Shown: in pieces, positions 32,905 to 42,435 of the stretch
Layout: each line of letters begins with the position of its first letter
How positions within the stretch are numbered: the first letter of the stretch is position 1
Source: Patescibacteria group bacterium
GTDB taxonomy: Bacteria; Patescibacteriota; Minisyncoccia; Minisyncoccales; JAHCRE01
Assembly (NCBI GenBank): GCA_020148145.1
Contig: JAHCRE010000019.1
Span: forward strand, 1-52,535
DNA length: 52,535 nt
Direction of reading: 5' to 3'
Program-made: the position numbers and the translations under genes
The notes under the pieces: model-generated
Seen by the model: only the letters and a program-made list of their open reading frames with translations
What the model was told of the DNA's origin: nothing
The model's database searches: none

Positions 32905-33456
32905 TTAAAAATTTTTAGATTTTATCTTTTTAAAATCTTTTTCTAAAATTTTTCTTATTTTTAGAAATCTTATTCCAGCGGCTGGATGATAGGTGACAAA
33001 AAATTCTTTGCCACCTTTTTTTATTAATTTTCCTCGAAAATCTTTTAATTTCTTTTTGAGAAAGAAAACTTTAAAGGCAACTTCACCTAATGAAATAAAT
33101 TTTTTAGGATTGATGATTTCAATTTGTTTTTTTAAGTAGAGGAGACAAGCCGCAATTTCTTCTTTGTTTGGTTTGCGATTTTTTGGTGGAAAACATTTAA
33201 TAGGCGAGGTAATAAAAATTTTTTTTCTATTTATTTTGGATATCTTTAATAATTGATTTAAAAATTGACCAGCTCTTCCGACAAATGGTCGGCCAGTTTG
33301 ATTTTCTAAAGAACCTGGGGCCTGCCCAATTATTATAATCTTAGCATTTACTGGTCCTTCACCTGGGACAGCATTTTTTCTTGTCTCCCATAAAGGACAT
33401 TTTTTACATTTTCTAATCTCCTGATTTAATTTTTCCAATTTTTCTCTCTTTTTCAT
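32905..33456 (-). CDS. Uracil-DNA glycosylase, family 4
   Basis: CKKCPLWETRKNAVPGEG, IIIGQAPGSLENQTGRPFVGRAGQFL, HPAAG. Confidence 0.8.
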   Translation of the reverse strand: MKKREKLEKLNQEIRKCKKCPLWETRKNAVPGEGPVNAKIIIIGQAPGSLENQTGRPFVGRAGQFLNQLLKISKINRKKIFITSPIKCFPPKNRKPNKEEIAACLLYLKKQIEIINPKKFISLGEVAFKVFFLKKKLKDFRGKLIKKGGKEFFVTYHPAAGIRFLKIRKILEKDFKKIKSKNF

Positions 33457-33480
33457 AAAACCTTAGTAATCAAAAAGCTT

Positions 33481-33540
33481 CCACAGCCCCGCCCGCCAAG
33501 GAGGCAGCCTCGTCTTCGGCGAGTGCTGAACTCCCGACCC
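33481..33540. repeat. Intergenic GC-rich hairpin element
   Basis: CCACAGCCCCGCCCGCCAAGGAGGCAGCCTCGTCTTCGGCGAGTGCTGAACTCCCGACCC. Its reverse complement shares CGCCGAAG-CGAGGCT-GCC with the copy at 26783-26814. Confidence 0.6.
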
Positions 33541-33541
33541 A

Positions 33542-34414
33542 TCAAAGGAAAAGAGTACAAAAATAGCCAATTATTGAAAGCAAAGCAATTGGTGGTAAGG
33601 CAGGGATAGGCTTACGAGTTTTTTGTGAAAAGAATATTAAGAAGCTAATCAAAAGACCAACTGTAGCAAAAATAGCAACAATTAAAGAGTCTAAAATTCC
33701 TTTAGGAACCAAAGAAGCTACTAAAAGTAAAGGAAAAACAATATCTCCTCCTCCTAAGATTAAAAATCTTCCGCCAGGCTTCACAGTTCCTAATGAAGTT
33801 TGAAATTCAGAAATCTTTGGAGGTAGAATTATTCCAGGAATTGCTCCCGCTTTAATCATTTCTTTAGCCATTCTTACCATATGTTTTGTTTTATAAACTG
33901 CGACAATGTCATAAATTGAAAAAATTACCAGCAATGTCACCACTGTCAGGGGTTGTAATCTTAACCCAAAAGTACTTCCAATGCCCACCATTCCTGAAAT
34001 TAAAAGAAAATCATGAATCAAAATATTTGGTTTTTTAAGCCAATAAAAAATTAGGATCAGAATTAAAATTAAGGCGAAATCACCAATCCACCAACCTAAA
34101 AAAAAGAAGCTTCCTATAGAAACTATTAAGATAAAAAGAGATTTAAATAAAATTCCTTTTCTTGGTCGAAATTTGACAAATTTAATAATTAAAAAAATTA
34201 TTAAACCAACAAAAATGAAAGAAAAAATAAATTGCAAAAGAGAGATTGGTGTTAAAGGAATTTTTTGAATCTCTTCTTTCGAAATCTGAATTATCCTTAA
34301 AGCATTAATTATTCCCAAACCTAAAGTTAGAGAAAATAAAAAAGCCTCCCAAGCGAGGAGTTTCAAGGGTTGAGCTAAAATAAATTTGTTTCTTATTTCT
34401 TCATTTTCTCCCAT
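33542..34414 (-). CDS. Presenilin/signal-peptide-peptidase-like intramembrane aspartyl protease (A22 family)
   Basis: Polytopic membrane protein with the catalytic-type motifs in order: YD (FSIYDIVAVY), GxGD (LGGGDIVFP), PAL (IPALPPIA). Confidence 0.6.
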   Translation of the reverse strand: MGENEEIRNKFILAQPLKLLAWEAFLFSLTLGLGIINALRIIQISKEEIQKIPLTPISLLQFIFSFIFVGLIIFLIIKFVKFRPRKGILFKSLFILIVSIGSFFFLGWWIGDFALILILILIFYWLKKPNILIHDFLLISGMVGIGSTFGLRLQPLTVVTLLVIFSIYDIVAVYKTKHMVRMAKEMIKAGAIPGIILPPKISEFQTSLGTVKPGGRFLILGGGDIVFPLLLVASLVPKGILDSLIVAIFATVGLLISFLIFFSQKTRKPIPALPPIALLSIIGYFCTLFL

Positions 34415-34415
34415 T

Positions 34416-35567
34416 TTATATTAACCTGAGTAATTCTTTAACTTTGTCTTTTTTCTCCCAACTAAACCCTGGTTCTTCCCTACCAAAATGGCCGTAGCAG
34501 GCAGTTTTTCGATAAATTGGTCTTAAAAGATTTAGTTGTTTAATAATTCCTCCCGGCGATAAACTAAAAACTCTAGGAATAATTTTAACCAGTTTTTCTT
34601 CTGAAACTTTTCCAGTACCAAAAGTGTCAATTCCTATTTCTGAAGGTTCTGTCCCTCCAATCACATAAGATAGTCTAACCTGGCATTTTTCAGCTAAATT
34701 TGCTGCCACAATGTTTTTGGCAATATAGCGAGCCATATAGGCGCCGGATCTATCAACTTTTGTTGGGTCTTTGCCGGCGAAACTGCCACCACCAACGGGA
34801 ACTCCAACTCCATAACTATCTACCACTGTTTTTCTTCCGGTCATACCGGTGTCTGAAACAGGCCCACCAATAACAAAACGGCCAGTATTATTAATATGAT
34901 ATTTTGTTTTTTTATCTAAAAATTGGCTACAAATAGGTTTTATAACTTTTTCAATGATATCCTTTCTAATTTTTCTCAAAGGAACATTTGGATCGTGCTG
35001 AGCTGCAATTATTACACTGTCCAATCTTTTTGCAACTCCATTTTGATATTCTAAAGTTACTTGTGATTTTCCATCTGGTCTTAAATAGGACAAAATCTTC
35101 TTTCTTCTAACCTTAGCCAATCTCATTACTAATTTATGAGCCAACATTATTGGCAGAGGCATCAATTCAGGAGTCTCTTTGCAGGCATAACCTATCATTG
35201 AGCCTTGATCTCCAGCTCCCTGTTTTTTTGTTGCAGTTTTTTTTACTCCCAAAGCAATATCTGGTGATTGTTCATGAATAGTATTTAAAACTGCTACTGT
35301 TCTAAAATCAAAACCATATTCAGGTTTTGTATAGCCAATATCTCTGATAACTCCTCTGGCTAAATTATTAATATCTATCCAGGTCTTAGTAGTAATCTCT
35401 CCGCCAACAATTACGTAACCCATACTAGCAAAGACTTCACAGGCTACTCTTGCAAATTTATCCTTTTTTAAAATATCATCCAAGACGGCATCAGCAATAG
35501 CATCACTAATTTTATCCGGATGCCCAGGACAAACTGATTCTGATGTAAATAAAAATTTTTTCCTCAT
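34416..35567 (-). CDS. metK: S-adenosylmethionine synthetase
   Basis: [47 protein letters not shown]. Confidence 0.95.
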   Translation of the reverse strand: MRKKFLFTSESVCPGHPDKISDAIADAVLDDILKKDKFARVACEVFASMGYVIVGGEITTKTWIDINNLARGVIRDIGYTKPEYGFDFRTVAVLNTIHEQSPDIALGVKKTATKKQGAGDQGSMIGYACKETPELMPLPIMLAHKLVMRLAKVRRKKILSYLRPDGKSQVTLEYQNGVAKRLDSVIIAAQHDPNVPLRKIRKDIIEKVIKPICSQFLDKKTKYHINNTGRFVIGGPVSDTGMTGRKTVVDSYGVGVPVGGGSFAGKDPTKVDRSGAYMARYIAKNIVAANLAEKCQVRLSYVIGGTEPSEIGIDTFGTGKVSEEKLVKIIPRVFSLSPGGIIKQLNLLRPIYRKTACYGHFGREEPGFSWEKKDKVKELLRLI

Positions 35568-35568
35568 T

Positions 35569-36708
35569 TTAAAAACTCTTAATTAATCTTTTTTGAGCTT
35601 CTAATTTTTCTTTATAACTTATTTTACTTCTTTTAATTCCTTTCTCCAAGGCCTCAATGGTTTTATCATAAGTTTTCCGGTCAACAGGATAGGGGATGTG
35701 GTCTTTTCCCCCGTGGGCAAAGGAATATCTTGCCGGATCTTCATAAGATGGTTTTGCTCCATAAATTATTTCTGAAACCAAGGATAGTGCCCGAATTGTT
35801 CTTGGCCCTACGCCTTTTATAGACAATAATTCCTCAAAATTTTCTGGTCGGGCTTCATTTGCCAAAAATATAATTTTTTCTAATCTTTTCAAATCGAATT
35901 TTTCTTTTAAGACTGGGTGCCAACGAAAGTCTCTGTTATAAAGCTCCATCAAAGTGAAATTTCCCAATCTTTGTTTTTTAATTAAAGCACTGTCTGATTT
36001 ATTTAAAATCATCCGAAAATCTTTCAAAAAAGTTTTTGGTTCCTCTTTTACTAAACTAGCGCTAATTTCCCTATTCTCGCTACTTTCTTTGGCAGTTAAA
36101 TTTAACGGTTTAACTCTAATGTCAGAAATTATTCCTGAATGTGGTTCTTCAACAAAATCTTTAACATTTGAAGATAACCAATGATAACGACGAGCTTTCT
36201 GGATCTCAGTGGCCATCCCCTGCTGAATGACACACCATTTTCCAGATTTTGTGAAAATTAAATTGTGATGATAAATTTGAAAATCGTCTTGTAAACAAGA
36301 ACTATCTACCTTTGCCGATATTTTTGAAGCATAAACAAATTTATCAATTTTTTCTATCGGCCAGCCCAGAGATTCTCCCCAATTTTGAATTTGTTCTGGG
36401 GTTTTTCTAGAAGTCCTGCCTTTTCCACCGCAAACAAAAAGACCGAGGTCAAATTCTAATCCCCGAAGTCCAGCTTTTAGAGCCCCCATTACTGTAGTAG
36501 TTAAACCGCTCGAATTCCAATCAAATGAAAGTACGCAGCCAAAACTTTGGAACCAAATTGGATTGGACATTCTTCTTAAAAACTCCTCTACTCCAAATTC
36601 CTCTACAATCGCTATAGTTATTCCTCGAGCTAACCTTTTCATTCTTTCAAACAACCAATATGGGCATTTTCCATAATCGAGCGGAATCGTGGCAATTCCA
36701 GTCCTCAT
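35569..36708 (-). CDS. DUF763 domain protein
   Basis: [28 protein letters not shown]-terminus and a C-terminal HhH-like [17 protein letters not shown]. Confidence 0.5.
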   Translation of the reverse strand: MRTGIATIPLDYGKCPYWLFERMKRLARGITIAIVEEFGVEEFLRRMSNPIWFQSFGCVLSFDWNSSGLTTTVMGALKAGLRGLEFDLGLFVCGGKGRTSRKTPEQIQNWGESLGWPIEKIDKFVYASKISAKVDSSCLQDDFQIYHHNLIFTKSGKWCVIQQGMATEIQKARRYHWLSSNVKDFVEEPHSGIISDIRVKPLNLTAKESSENREISASLVKEEPKTFLKDFRMILNKSDSALIKKQRLGNFTLMELYNRDFRWHPVLKEKFDLKRLEKIIFLANEARPENFEELLSIKGVGPRTIRALSLVSEIIYGAKPSYEDPARYSFAHGGKDHIPYPVDRKTYDKTIEALEKGIKRSKISYKEKLEAQKRLIKSF

Positions 36709-36736
36709 AATCTCAAATTATAACAAAAATTGAATT

Positions 36737-37690
36737 TTATTTTTTAAAACGACTAATTCTAATTAACCCGGAACAAGGAATAATTTCAATTCCTCTCTTT
36801 TCTAATTCGTCTAAGAATAAATTTACTCCCAAAGAATCAGAACTCATATGCCCGGCGATGACGACATTGATATGGGCGGCTTCTGCTTCTTTTTTGTGTT
36901 CTTCAGAAATATGCATACCAACGATTGTTCCAATTCCAGCTATGGCCATTTTCTCATAAAGCTTTGAAGAACCTTCAGTTCCGCCAGTTATTTCAGTTAG
37001 AGCAATTTTCCCACACCTTCTTTCTTTATCTCCAACAAAGATTTTTGGTCCCGCTCCAAATTTCATAGCCTTTTTGTATTCTGGAATTTTCTTTAAAAGC
37101 GATACTAAATCCCCAATTCTCATTAGGCTATCTTCTTTTTCAACTTTTTCTTTTAAAAATTTTGCCGATAAATTATCACAGACCGTATGCAAACACATTA
37201 AATTAAATCCTAAAATCTTGACCACATCAACTGTTCTTTGATGATTAACTTTATTTAATCCCCTAGCTACTTCGGAAATTTTTTCTTTCATTAAGCCTTC
37301 AGCAATATTTATTGGTACTCCATACAAGTTTAAAACATCGCATTGTAATTCCATTACATCAGATAAAGTTGCTAAGGCTTTACCCAAAGGATGATGAGAA
37401 ATAATTAAATCAACATTACCAATTTCTTTTGCTAATAGAATTTCAGCGGGCTCAACGTCAATTCCGACTAAAATTCTTTTTATTTCTTTATCTTGGCTAA
37501 TATGTAAAATTCTGGAATCTAAATAGGGATTTTCCAAAGCCTCACTATCGAATTCTTCTTTTTCATTTCCTGATAGTTTCTCAAATTTTTTCTGTCTTCT
37601 TTTTAAAACCCGTTCTACCCCCTCAATTCCCCGGAAGTCACTTTCCTTTCCCATTTTTATTGCTAAATTATAGATTTCTTTTATTTTCAT
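36737..37690 (-). CDS. NIF3 (GTP cyclohydrolase 1 type 2-like) family protein
   Basis: VDLIISHHPLG, LHTVCDN, AGHMSSDSLG metal-site-like motifs in the NIF3 order. Confidence 0.55.
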   Translation of the reverse strand: MKIKEIYNLAIKMGKESDFRGIEGVERVLKRRQKKFEKLSGNEKEEFDSEALENPYLDSRILHISQDKEIKRILVGIDVEPAEILLAKEIGNVDLIISHHPLGKALATLSDVMELQCDVLNLYGVPINIAEGLMKEKISEVARGLNKVNHQRTVDVVKILGFNLMCLHTVCDNLSAKFLKEKVEKEDSLMRIGDLVSLLKKIPEYKKAMKFGAGPKIFVGDKERRCGKIALTEITGGTEGSSKLYEKMAIAGIGTIVGMHISEEHKKEAEAAHINVVIAGHMSSDSLGVNLFLDELEKRGIEIIPCSGLIRISRFKK

Positions 37691-37921
37691 TTTTTTTATT
37701 TTTAATTTTTGAAAATTTTTTATAGAGTTCCGAAATTAATCTTTCTTGTTCCGTCAAATCCAAAACCTCCCGGCGAATCCTGGCTTTTTCCTTTCGAATA
37801 AATTTTCTGATTGACTGTGGCAATTTCTTCTTTGACATTGGAAATTAAAAATTTTGATTTTTCAAAAAACTTAGATTGAAATTTATAATTTCCCATTTAA
37901 GTTTTAATCTTTGAATTATTT

Positions 37922-39364
37922 TTATTCGCCCTTAATTACTGCCAAGGGCACAAGCCTTGCCACTTTTTTTGATAAACCAGCCCGATGGACGACATCAACT
38001 ACTTGTTCCACATCTTTATAAGCCATTGGCGCTTCTTCAGCAATTCCTCTCATTGACCAGCATTTCACAATGATTCCTTTTGATTCTAACTCTCTCACTA
38101 CTTCTTGTCCAGAAATTCTTCTGACCGCTGCGTGCCGTGACATTGTTCTACCGGCACCGTGGCAAGTACTAAAGAAAGCATTTTCTCCTTCCTTTTGACC
38201 AACTAAAATATAAGAAGCAGTTCCCATTGAGCCTGGGATCAAAACTGGCTGACCAACTTCTCGATATTTTTCTGGGATTTCAGGATGCCCCGGTGGAAAG
38301 GCCCGAGTGGCTCCTTTTCGATGAATAACTAACTTCATTTTTTTTCCATTAACCTCATGCTCTTCGATTTTAGCAATATTATGAGCAACATCATAAAGTA
38401 ATTGAAGCTCTTCTTTTTCTCCTAATATCTTTTTCCAAGCTTTTCTTACATAGTGAGCAATCATATGGCGGTTTGACCAGGCATAATTACAAACGGCAGA
38501 CATTGCTTTAAAGAATCTTTGCCCTTCTGGAGAATTAAATGGAACGCAAGCTAATTCTCTATCTGGAAGTTTGATGCCATATTTTGGCATAGCCTGCATC
38601 ACTACTCTTAAATAATCAGTACAATTTTGATGCCCAAGCCCCCTAGAACCGGTATGTATCATCACTACTACCTGGTTCTTGAATAATCCGAAAGCTTCTG
38701 CTACCTCTGCGTCAAAAATTTCCTCAACCCTATCAAGTTGGCAAAAATGATTGCCACTTCCGAGAGTGCCAACTTGATTCCTTCCTCTGTTTTTAGCTTT
38801 TTCAGAAACGCAAAAGGCATCAGCTAATTCCATTTTTCCTGTGTGTTCACAATTTTCAATATCCTCTTTTTCTCCATATCCCTGTTTTACAAGATAGGGA
38901 ACCCCTCCCTCTAAAATTTTGTTAATTTGCTCAATGCTTAACTTTATTTTTCTCCCCCTTCCCAAACCAGAGGGAACTTCTTTTTGAATTTCAGTAGCTA
39001 ATTTATCCAAGTGAGGCTTGACCTCTTTTTCAGAATGTTCAGACTTCAGCAATCTAACCCCACAATTTTCGTCATAACCGACAAAGCCAGGAGAAATAAC
39101 TCCACCTGGTAATTTCATTGCCCCTACTCCGCCAATGGGGGCACCGTAGCCCTCATGCATATCTGGCATACCCAAAACATACTTTACAACCCCAAGAAGC
39201 GTTGAGGTGTTTATTACTTGAGGAATTGACCTATCTCGGAAAATATCTTTCAACATCTTTTCTGAAACATAAATTCTGGCAGGAACTCGCATATCCGGCC
39301 GGAAATTTTTTGGAATTTCCCATAAATAATCTGTAATCTTTTTGAAATTTTGTTTTGTAATCAT
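37922..39364 (-). CDS. rtcB: RNA-splicing ligase RtcB (3'-phosphate/5'-hydroxyl RNA ligase)
   Basis: MPDMHEGYG, GYDENCGVR, GSGNHF, HTGSRGLGHQ, STCHGAGR. Confidence 0.95.
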   Translation of the reverse strand: MITKQNFKKITDYLWEIPKNFRPDMRVPARIYVSEKMLKDIFRDRSIPQVINTSTLLGVVKYVLGMPDMHEGYGAPIGGVGAMKLPGGVISPGFVGYDENCGVRLLKSEHSEKEVKPHLDKLATEIQKEVPSGLGRGRKIKLSIEQINKILEGGVPYLVKQGYGEKEDIENCEHTGKMELADAFCVSEKAKNRGRNQVGTLGSGNHFCQLDRVEEIFDAEVAEAFGLFKNQVVVMIHTGSRGLGHQNCTDYLRVVMQAMPKYGIKLPDRELACVPFNSPEGQRFFKAMSAVCNYAWSNRHMIAHYVRKAWKKILGEKEELQLLYDVAHNIAKIEEHEVNGKKMKLVIHRKGATRAFPPGHPEIPEKYREVGQPVLIPGSMGTASYILVGQKEGENAFFSTCHGAGRTMSRHAAVRRISGQEVVRELESKGIIVKCWSMRGIAEEAPMAYKDVEQVVDVVHRAGLSKKVARLVPLAVIKGE

Positions 39365-39401
39365 ATATATAATTTTAGCTTAAATTTATCTATTTGTAAA
39401 T

Positions 39402-39423
39402 AAAAAGGCGTCTTTTTGACGCC
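39402..39423 (-). terminator. Rho-independent terminator after the SIS-domain gene
   Basis: On the minus strand, GGCGTC-AAAAA-GACGCC followed by TTTTTATTT. Confidence 0.65.
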
Positions 39424-39456
39424 AAATGGAGTTCTTTTAGAAAGAAGGAGGGAATT

Positions 39457-40047
39457 TTATGCTATTTTTGGGTGTCTTTCTTGTAAGTCTTTCTCTGTCT
39501 TTTTTTTCATTACGGCCAAGTGGCTGATTATAGCATCTAATACTATCATTGCAAAATCTTCAAAGGCAGTGCCTAAAGGAAATATTGGTAGCCCTCTCAT
39601 TCTTCTTTCTTTGTAGCTTGAAGATAAACTTTCTTCTTTCGATCTCCCAGGAATAATTAATTTGATGTCTGCAAGCTTTGCTAAAGTTGAGTCAGTTTGA
39701 GAAGTGATTGCTATCACTTTCGCTCCAATTTCCCGAGCTATTCTTGTTTGTTCAATTTCGTGTTCTCCGCCCCCTGAAACGACAACGAATAAATCACCTT
39801 TTTTAACAGGTGGGGCAGTGGTTTCTCTTAAAACCCGGGAGTCGTAACCTAAGTGAGCCAGTCTCATTCCAAAGGCACCAGCATCAAACCCAGACCTTCC
39901 TAAGCCTGTGAGAAAAATTGTTTGCTTAAAGTTGAGGATTTCTTCCACTACTTTAATTATTTGTTCATCTTTTAATTTTTGAGCGGCCATCCAGTCAATC
40001 ATTCTTTTTATTTCCTCTTTTACTTCTTTAGCAATTTCTTTTGTCAA
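39457..40047 (-). CDS. SIS-domain protein, 6-phospho-3-hexuloisomerase-like
   Basis: IFLTGLGRSGFDAGAFGMRLAHLGY, VVVSGGG, PLGTAFEDFAMIVLDAIISHL, ERH. Confidence 0.6.
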   Translation of the reverse strand: MTKEIAKEVKEEIKRMIDWMAAQKLKDEQIIKVVEEILNFKQTIFLTGLGRSGFDAGAFGMRLAHLGYDSRVLRETTAPPVKKGDLFVVVSGGGEHEIEQTRIAREIGAKVIAITSQTDSTLAKLADIKLIIPGRSKEESLSSSYKERRMRGLPIFPLGTAFEDFAMIVLDAIISHLAVMKKKTEKDLQERHPKIA

Positions 40048-40085
40048 AGAACCATCTCCTTTATTTATTTTAAAATTTCAACCTC

Positions 40086-40490
40086 TTAGATGTCAAATAA
40101 CACCGTTGCTTCCCAAGTCCCGTCTTTTTTTTGAAGAACGTCTAATTCATGATAAGTCACTGCCTTAATATCTTCACCAAATCTTTTTACTTTTTGACCG
40201 ATTAATTCTCCTTTAATTTCTCTATCGGTGAATTTAATAAATTTGGCATTAAAATAGATTTCTTTATTCACCTGACTTAAATAAAGGGCCTCGCTCAAAA
40301 AATCAACTAAAAGAGCAGCTAAATCAAGGGATTTTATTTTAATTTCTCTCTTTGTTTTTTTTGCTAATTTTTCAGCCTTTTGAGAATCTGCCATCCCAAA
40401 AAGCATATTCAAAAAAAGCTCCGGCTTTTCTTTACCGAAAGCCCTGATTTTTAAATCAGCCTTATGCTCTAAAATCTCATATTTTTTCAT
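40086..40490 (-). CDS. Archease (RtcB activator/chaperone)
   Basis: YEILEHKADLKIRAFG and a C-terminal IKAVTYHELDV. TAATG overlap with the upstream gene. Confidence 0.85.
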   Translation of the reverse strand: MKKYEILEHKADLKIRAFGKEKPELFLNMLFGMADSQKAEKLAKKTKREIKIKSLDLAALLVDFLSEALYLSQVNKEIYFNAKFIKFTDREIKGELIGQKVKRFGEDIKAVTYHELDVLQKKDGTWEATVLFDI

Positions 40491-41797
40491 TAAAAATCTA
40501 TTATTTTAAGATTTTTAAATTCTTCCCTGACTATCCGTCTATCATCCCAGGGAATCTTCCTGCCGCCGGCTACGCATATCCAGGGTTCACATCCTTTGCC
40601 AGTAATAATAACAGCATCTCCTGATTTAGCAATTTTTAAGGCTTCTCTAATTGCTTTTTTTCTGTCTAAAATTTTTTTTGCCTTACCTTTTGTTCCATGA
40701 TCTATCTGCTCAATTATTTCTATCGGATCTTCATCATAGGGATCTTCATTGGTCACAATAACTTGATTGCAATATTTGGAAGCTAATTTTCCAAGGATAG
40801 GCCTTTTCCACTTATCTCTTCCTCCACCACAAGACCCTAAAACACAGATTAAATTTTTTGGCCTAAATTCTTGAGAAATTATTCGATAGACTTTTTCTAA
40901 AGCATTTGGGGTGAAAGCATAATCAACAAAAACTTTAAAGGGATTTTTAATTACTATTTCCATCCTGCCCGGGATTTTTTTAACTTTTTCTAAAGCCAAT
41001 TTACAGGTTTCAAAATCAACCCCCTGTGATAACCCAATACAAATTGCTGCCAGAGCATTATAAATATTGAATTTAGCAAGTAAATTTAATTCAAATTCAA
41101 TGTTGTCAAGAGAGAATTTTAACCCATCTGAAGAGATTTTATAATTTTTGACATTTAAAATGTTTATTCTTTTATTCGCCTGAGATTTAGACCCAATCGA
41201 ATAGCCATATTTTTTGTTAGCTAAAAATCGCAAAAAATATTGAGCATTTTCATCATCTAAATTGACAATATGAATTTTTTTGGCTGCCTGAAACAGCTTC
41301 CCTTTTGCCTCTCTATATTTTTCAAATGAACCGTGAGCTTCAATATGTTCAGGGGTTAAATTAGTAAACACGGCTACATCAAAATCAATAAATCTATGAC
41401 GGTGTTGCAAAATTCCCTCAGATGTTACCTCCAAAACACAAAATTGGCAGCCCGAATCTAAGGCCTGTCTTAAAAACTTTTGTAATTTAAAACGACCAGG
41501 CATAGTCATTTTTAAAGTATTTAGCCACTCTTTTCCCCAAATTTTGAAAGAAATTGAAGACAGAGAGGCAACCTTGAAACCTTCCTCTTCTAGGATTTTG
41601 GTTGTTAAATTAACTACCGTAGATTTTCCATTAGTTCCGGTTACTCCAATTACAACCATTTTTTTTGCCGTCCCGTTGGGCGAGGTTCGCTTTTGGCGGG
41701 AAGGGAAACCATAAAAAAAAGCGCCTAGCATCGCTAACAAAAAATGGTAATAATTAATCAAAAATTCAGGAATGATTTTTTTGATTAAATCTTTCAT
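40490..41797 (-). CDS. Mur ligase family protein (MurE-like) with N-terminal membrane anchor
   Basis: VIGVTGTNGKST P-loop, FTNLTPEHIEAHGS, DYAFTPNALE, C-terminal domain ITGKG. Confidence 0.7.
   Translation of the reverse strand: MKDLIKKIIPEFLINYYHFLLAMLGAFFYGFPSRQKRTSPNGTAKKMVVIGVTGTNGKSTVVNLTTKILEEEGFKVASLSSISFKIWGKEWLNTLKMTMPGRFKLQKFLRQALDSGCQFCVLEVTSEGILQHRHRFIDFDVAVFTNLTPEHIEAHGSFEKYREAKGKLFQAAKKIHIVNLDDENAQYFLRFLANKKYGYSIGSKSQANKRINILNVKNYKISSDGLKFSLDNIEFELNLLAKFNIYNALAAICIGLSQGVDFETCKLALEKVKKIPGRMEIVIKNPFKVFVDYAFTPNALEKVYRIISQEFRPKNLICVLGSCGGGRDKWKRPILGKLASKYCNQVIVTNEDPYDEDPIEIIEQIDHGTKGKAKKILDRKKAIREALKIAKSGDAVIITGKGCEPWICVAGGRKIPWDDRRIVREEFKNLKIIDF
41667..41705. repeat. GC-rich hairpin element in frame inside the Mur ligase gene
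   Basis: GCCGTCCCGTTGGGCGAGGTTCGCTTTTGGCGGGAAGGG. It aligns with 26783-26814 (C-TTGG-CGAG..TCGC-TT-GGCGGGAA). It encodes SRQKRTSPNGTA just before the P-loop. Confidence 0.6.
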
Positions 41798-41810
41798 CTT
41801 TCAATTTCAA

Positions 41811-42377
41811 TTATCTCCGGCCCAAGATCTTCAAGGCTTTTTTGATTTTTTGTTCGGTATCCTGAATATCTTTTGGAATTCTAGAAATTACCTCTTTTAC
41901 TCTCTGACGAGGAAAACCTAGGTTTACTAAAGCCTCTTCAACTTCATCGGTTTTTTTAATTCTTTTCTTTGAAATTTCTTTTATTTTCCCAGAAAGTTCC
42001 AAAATTATTGATCGGGCTTTTTTCTTTCCGATTAGGGAGATTTCTTCAAATATTTTTTCGTCTTGAGCTAAAATTTTTTCCTTTAATTTTTCCAAGGGGC
42101 CAAGAGAGGAAATCTCCAAAGCGGCTTTTGGCCCTATCCCAGGAATACTCAAAAGCATCTCAAAAAACTTTAGTTCTCCTAGGTTTGGGAATCCACACAA
42201 ATCTAAAGCGTTCTGTCTAAGAATGAGGTGACAAAAAACCTTGAGGGATTCTTTGTTTTGTGGTATTTTTGAAAGAGTCTTTTGAGATAAAAAAACCTTA
42301 TAACCAACACCTCTTACATCTAAAATTATAAATTTTTCTCCTTTAAATATAACTTTTCCTTGAAGACAAGAGATCAT
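41811..42377 (-). CDS. ruvA: Holliday junction DNA helicase subunit RuvA
   Basis: MISCLQGKV..ILDVRGVGYKV, the HhH pair LLSIPGIGPKAALEI, and C-terminal domain III. Confidence 0.85.
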   Translation of the reverse strand: MISCLQGKVIFKGEKFIILDVRGVGYKVFLSQKTLSKIPQNKESLKVFCHLILRQNALDLCGFPNLGELKFFEMLLSIPGIGPKAALEISSLGPLEKLKEKILAQDEKIFEEISLIGKKKARSIILELSGKIKEISKKRIKKTDEVEEALVNLGFPRQRVKEVISRIPKDIQDTEQKIKKALKILGRR

Positions 42378-42435
42378 ATTTATTAATTATATCATGCGGT
42401 CTCCAAAATTGCGAAGCAATTTTGGAGTATAATTT

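Noticed and set aside
42427-42432. TATAAT immediately upstream of uvrB as its -10 box
   Set aside because: It ends only 3 nt before the ATG. Transcription would then start inside or after the start codon, so it is probably fortuitous A/T-rich sequence.
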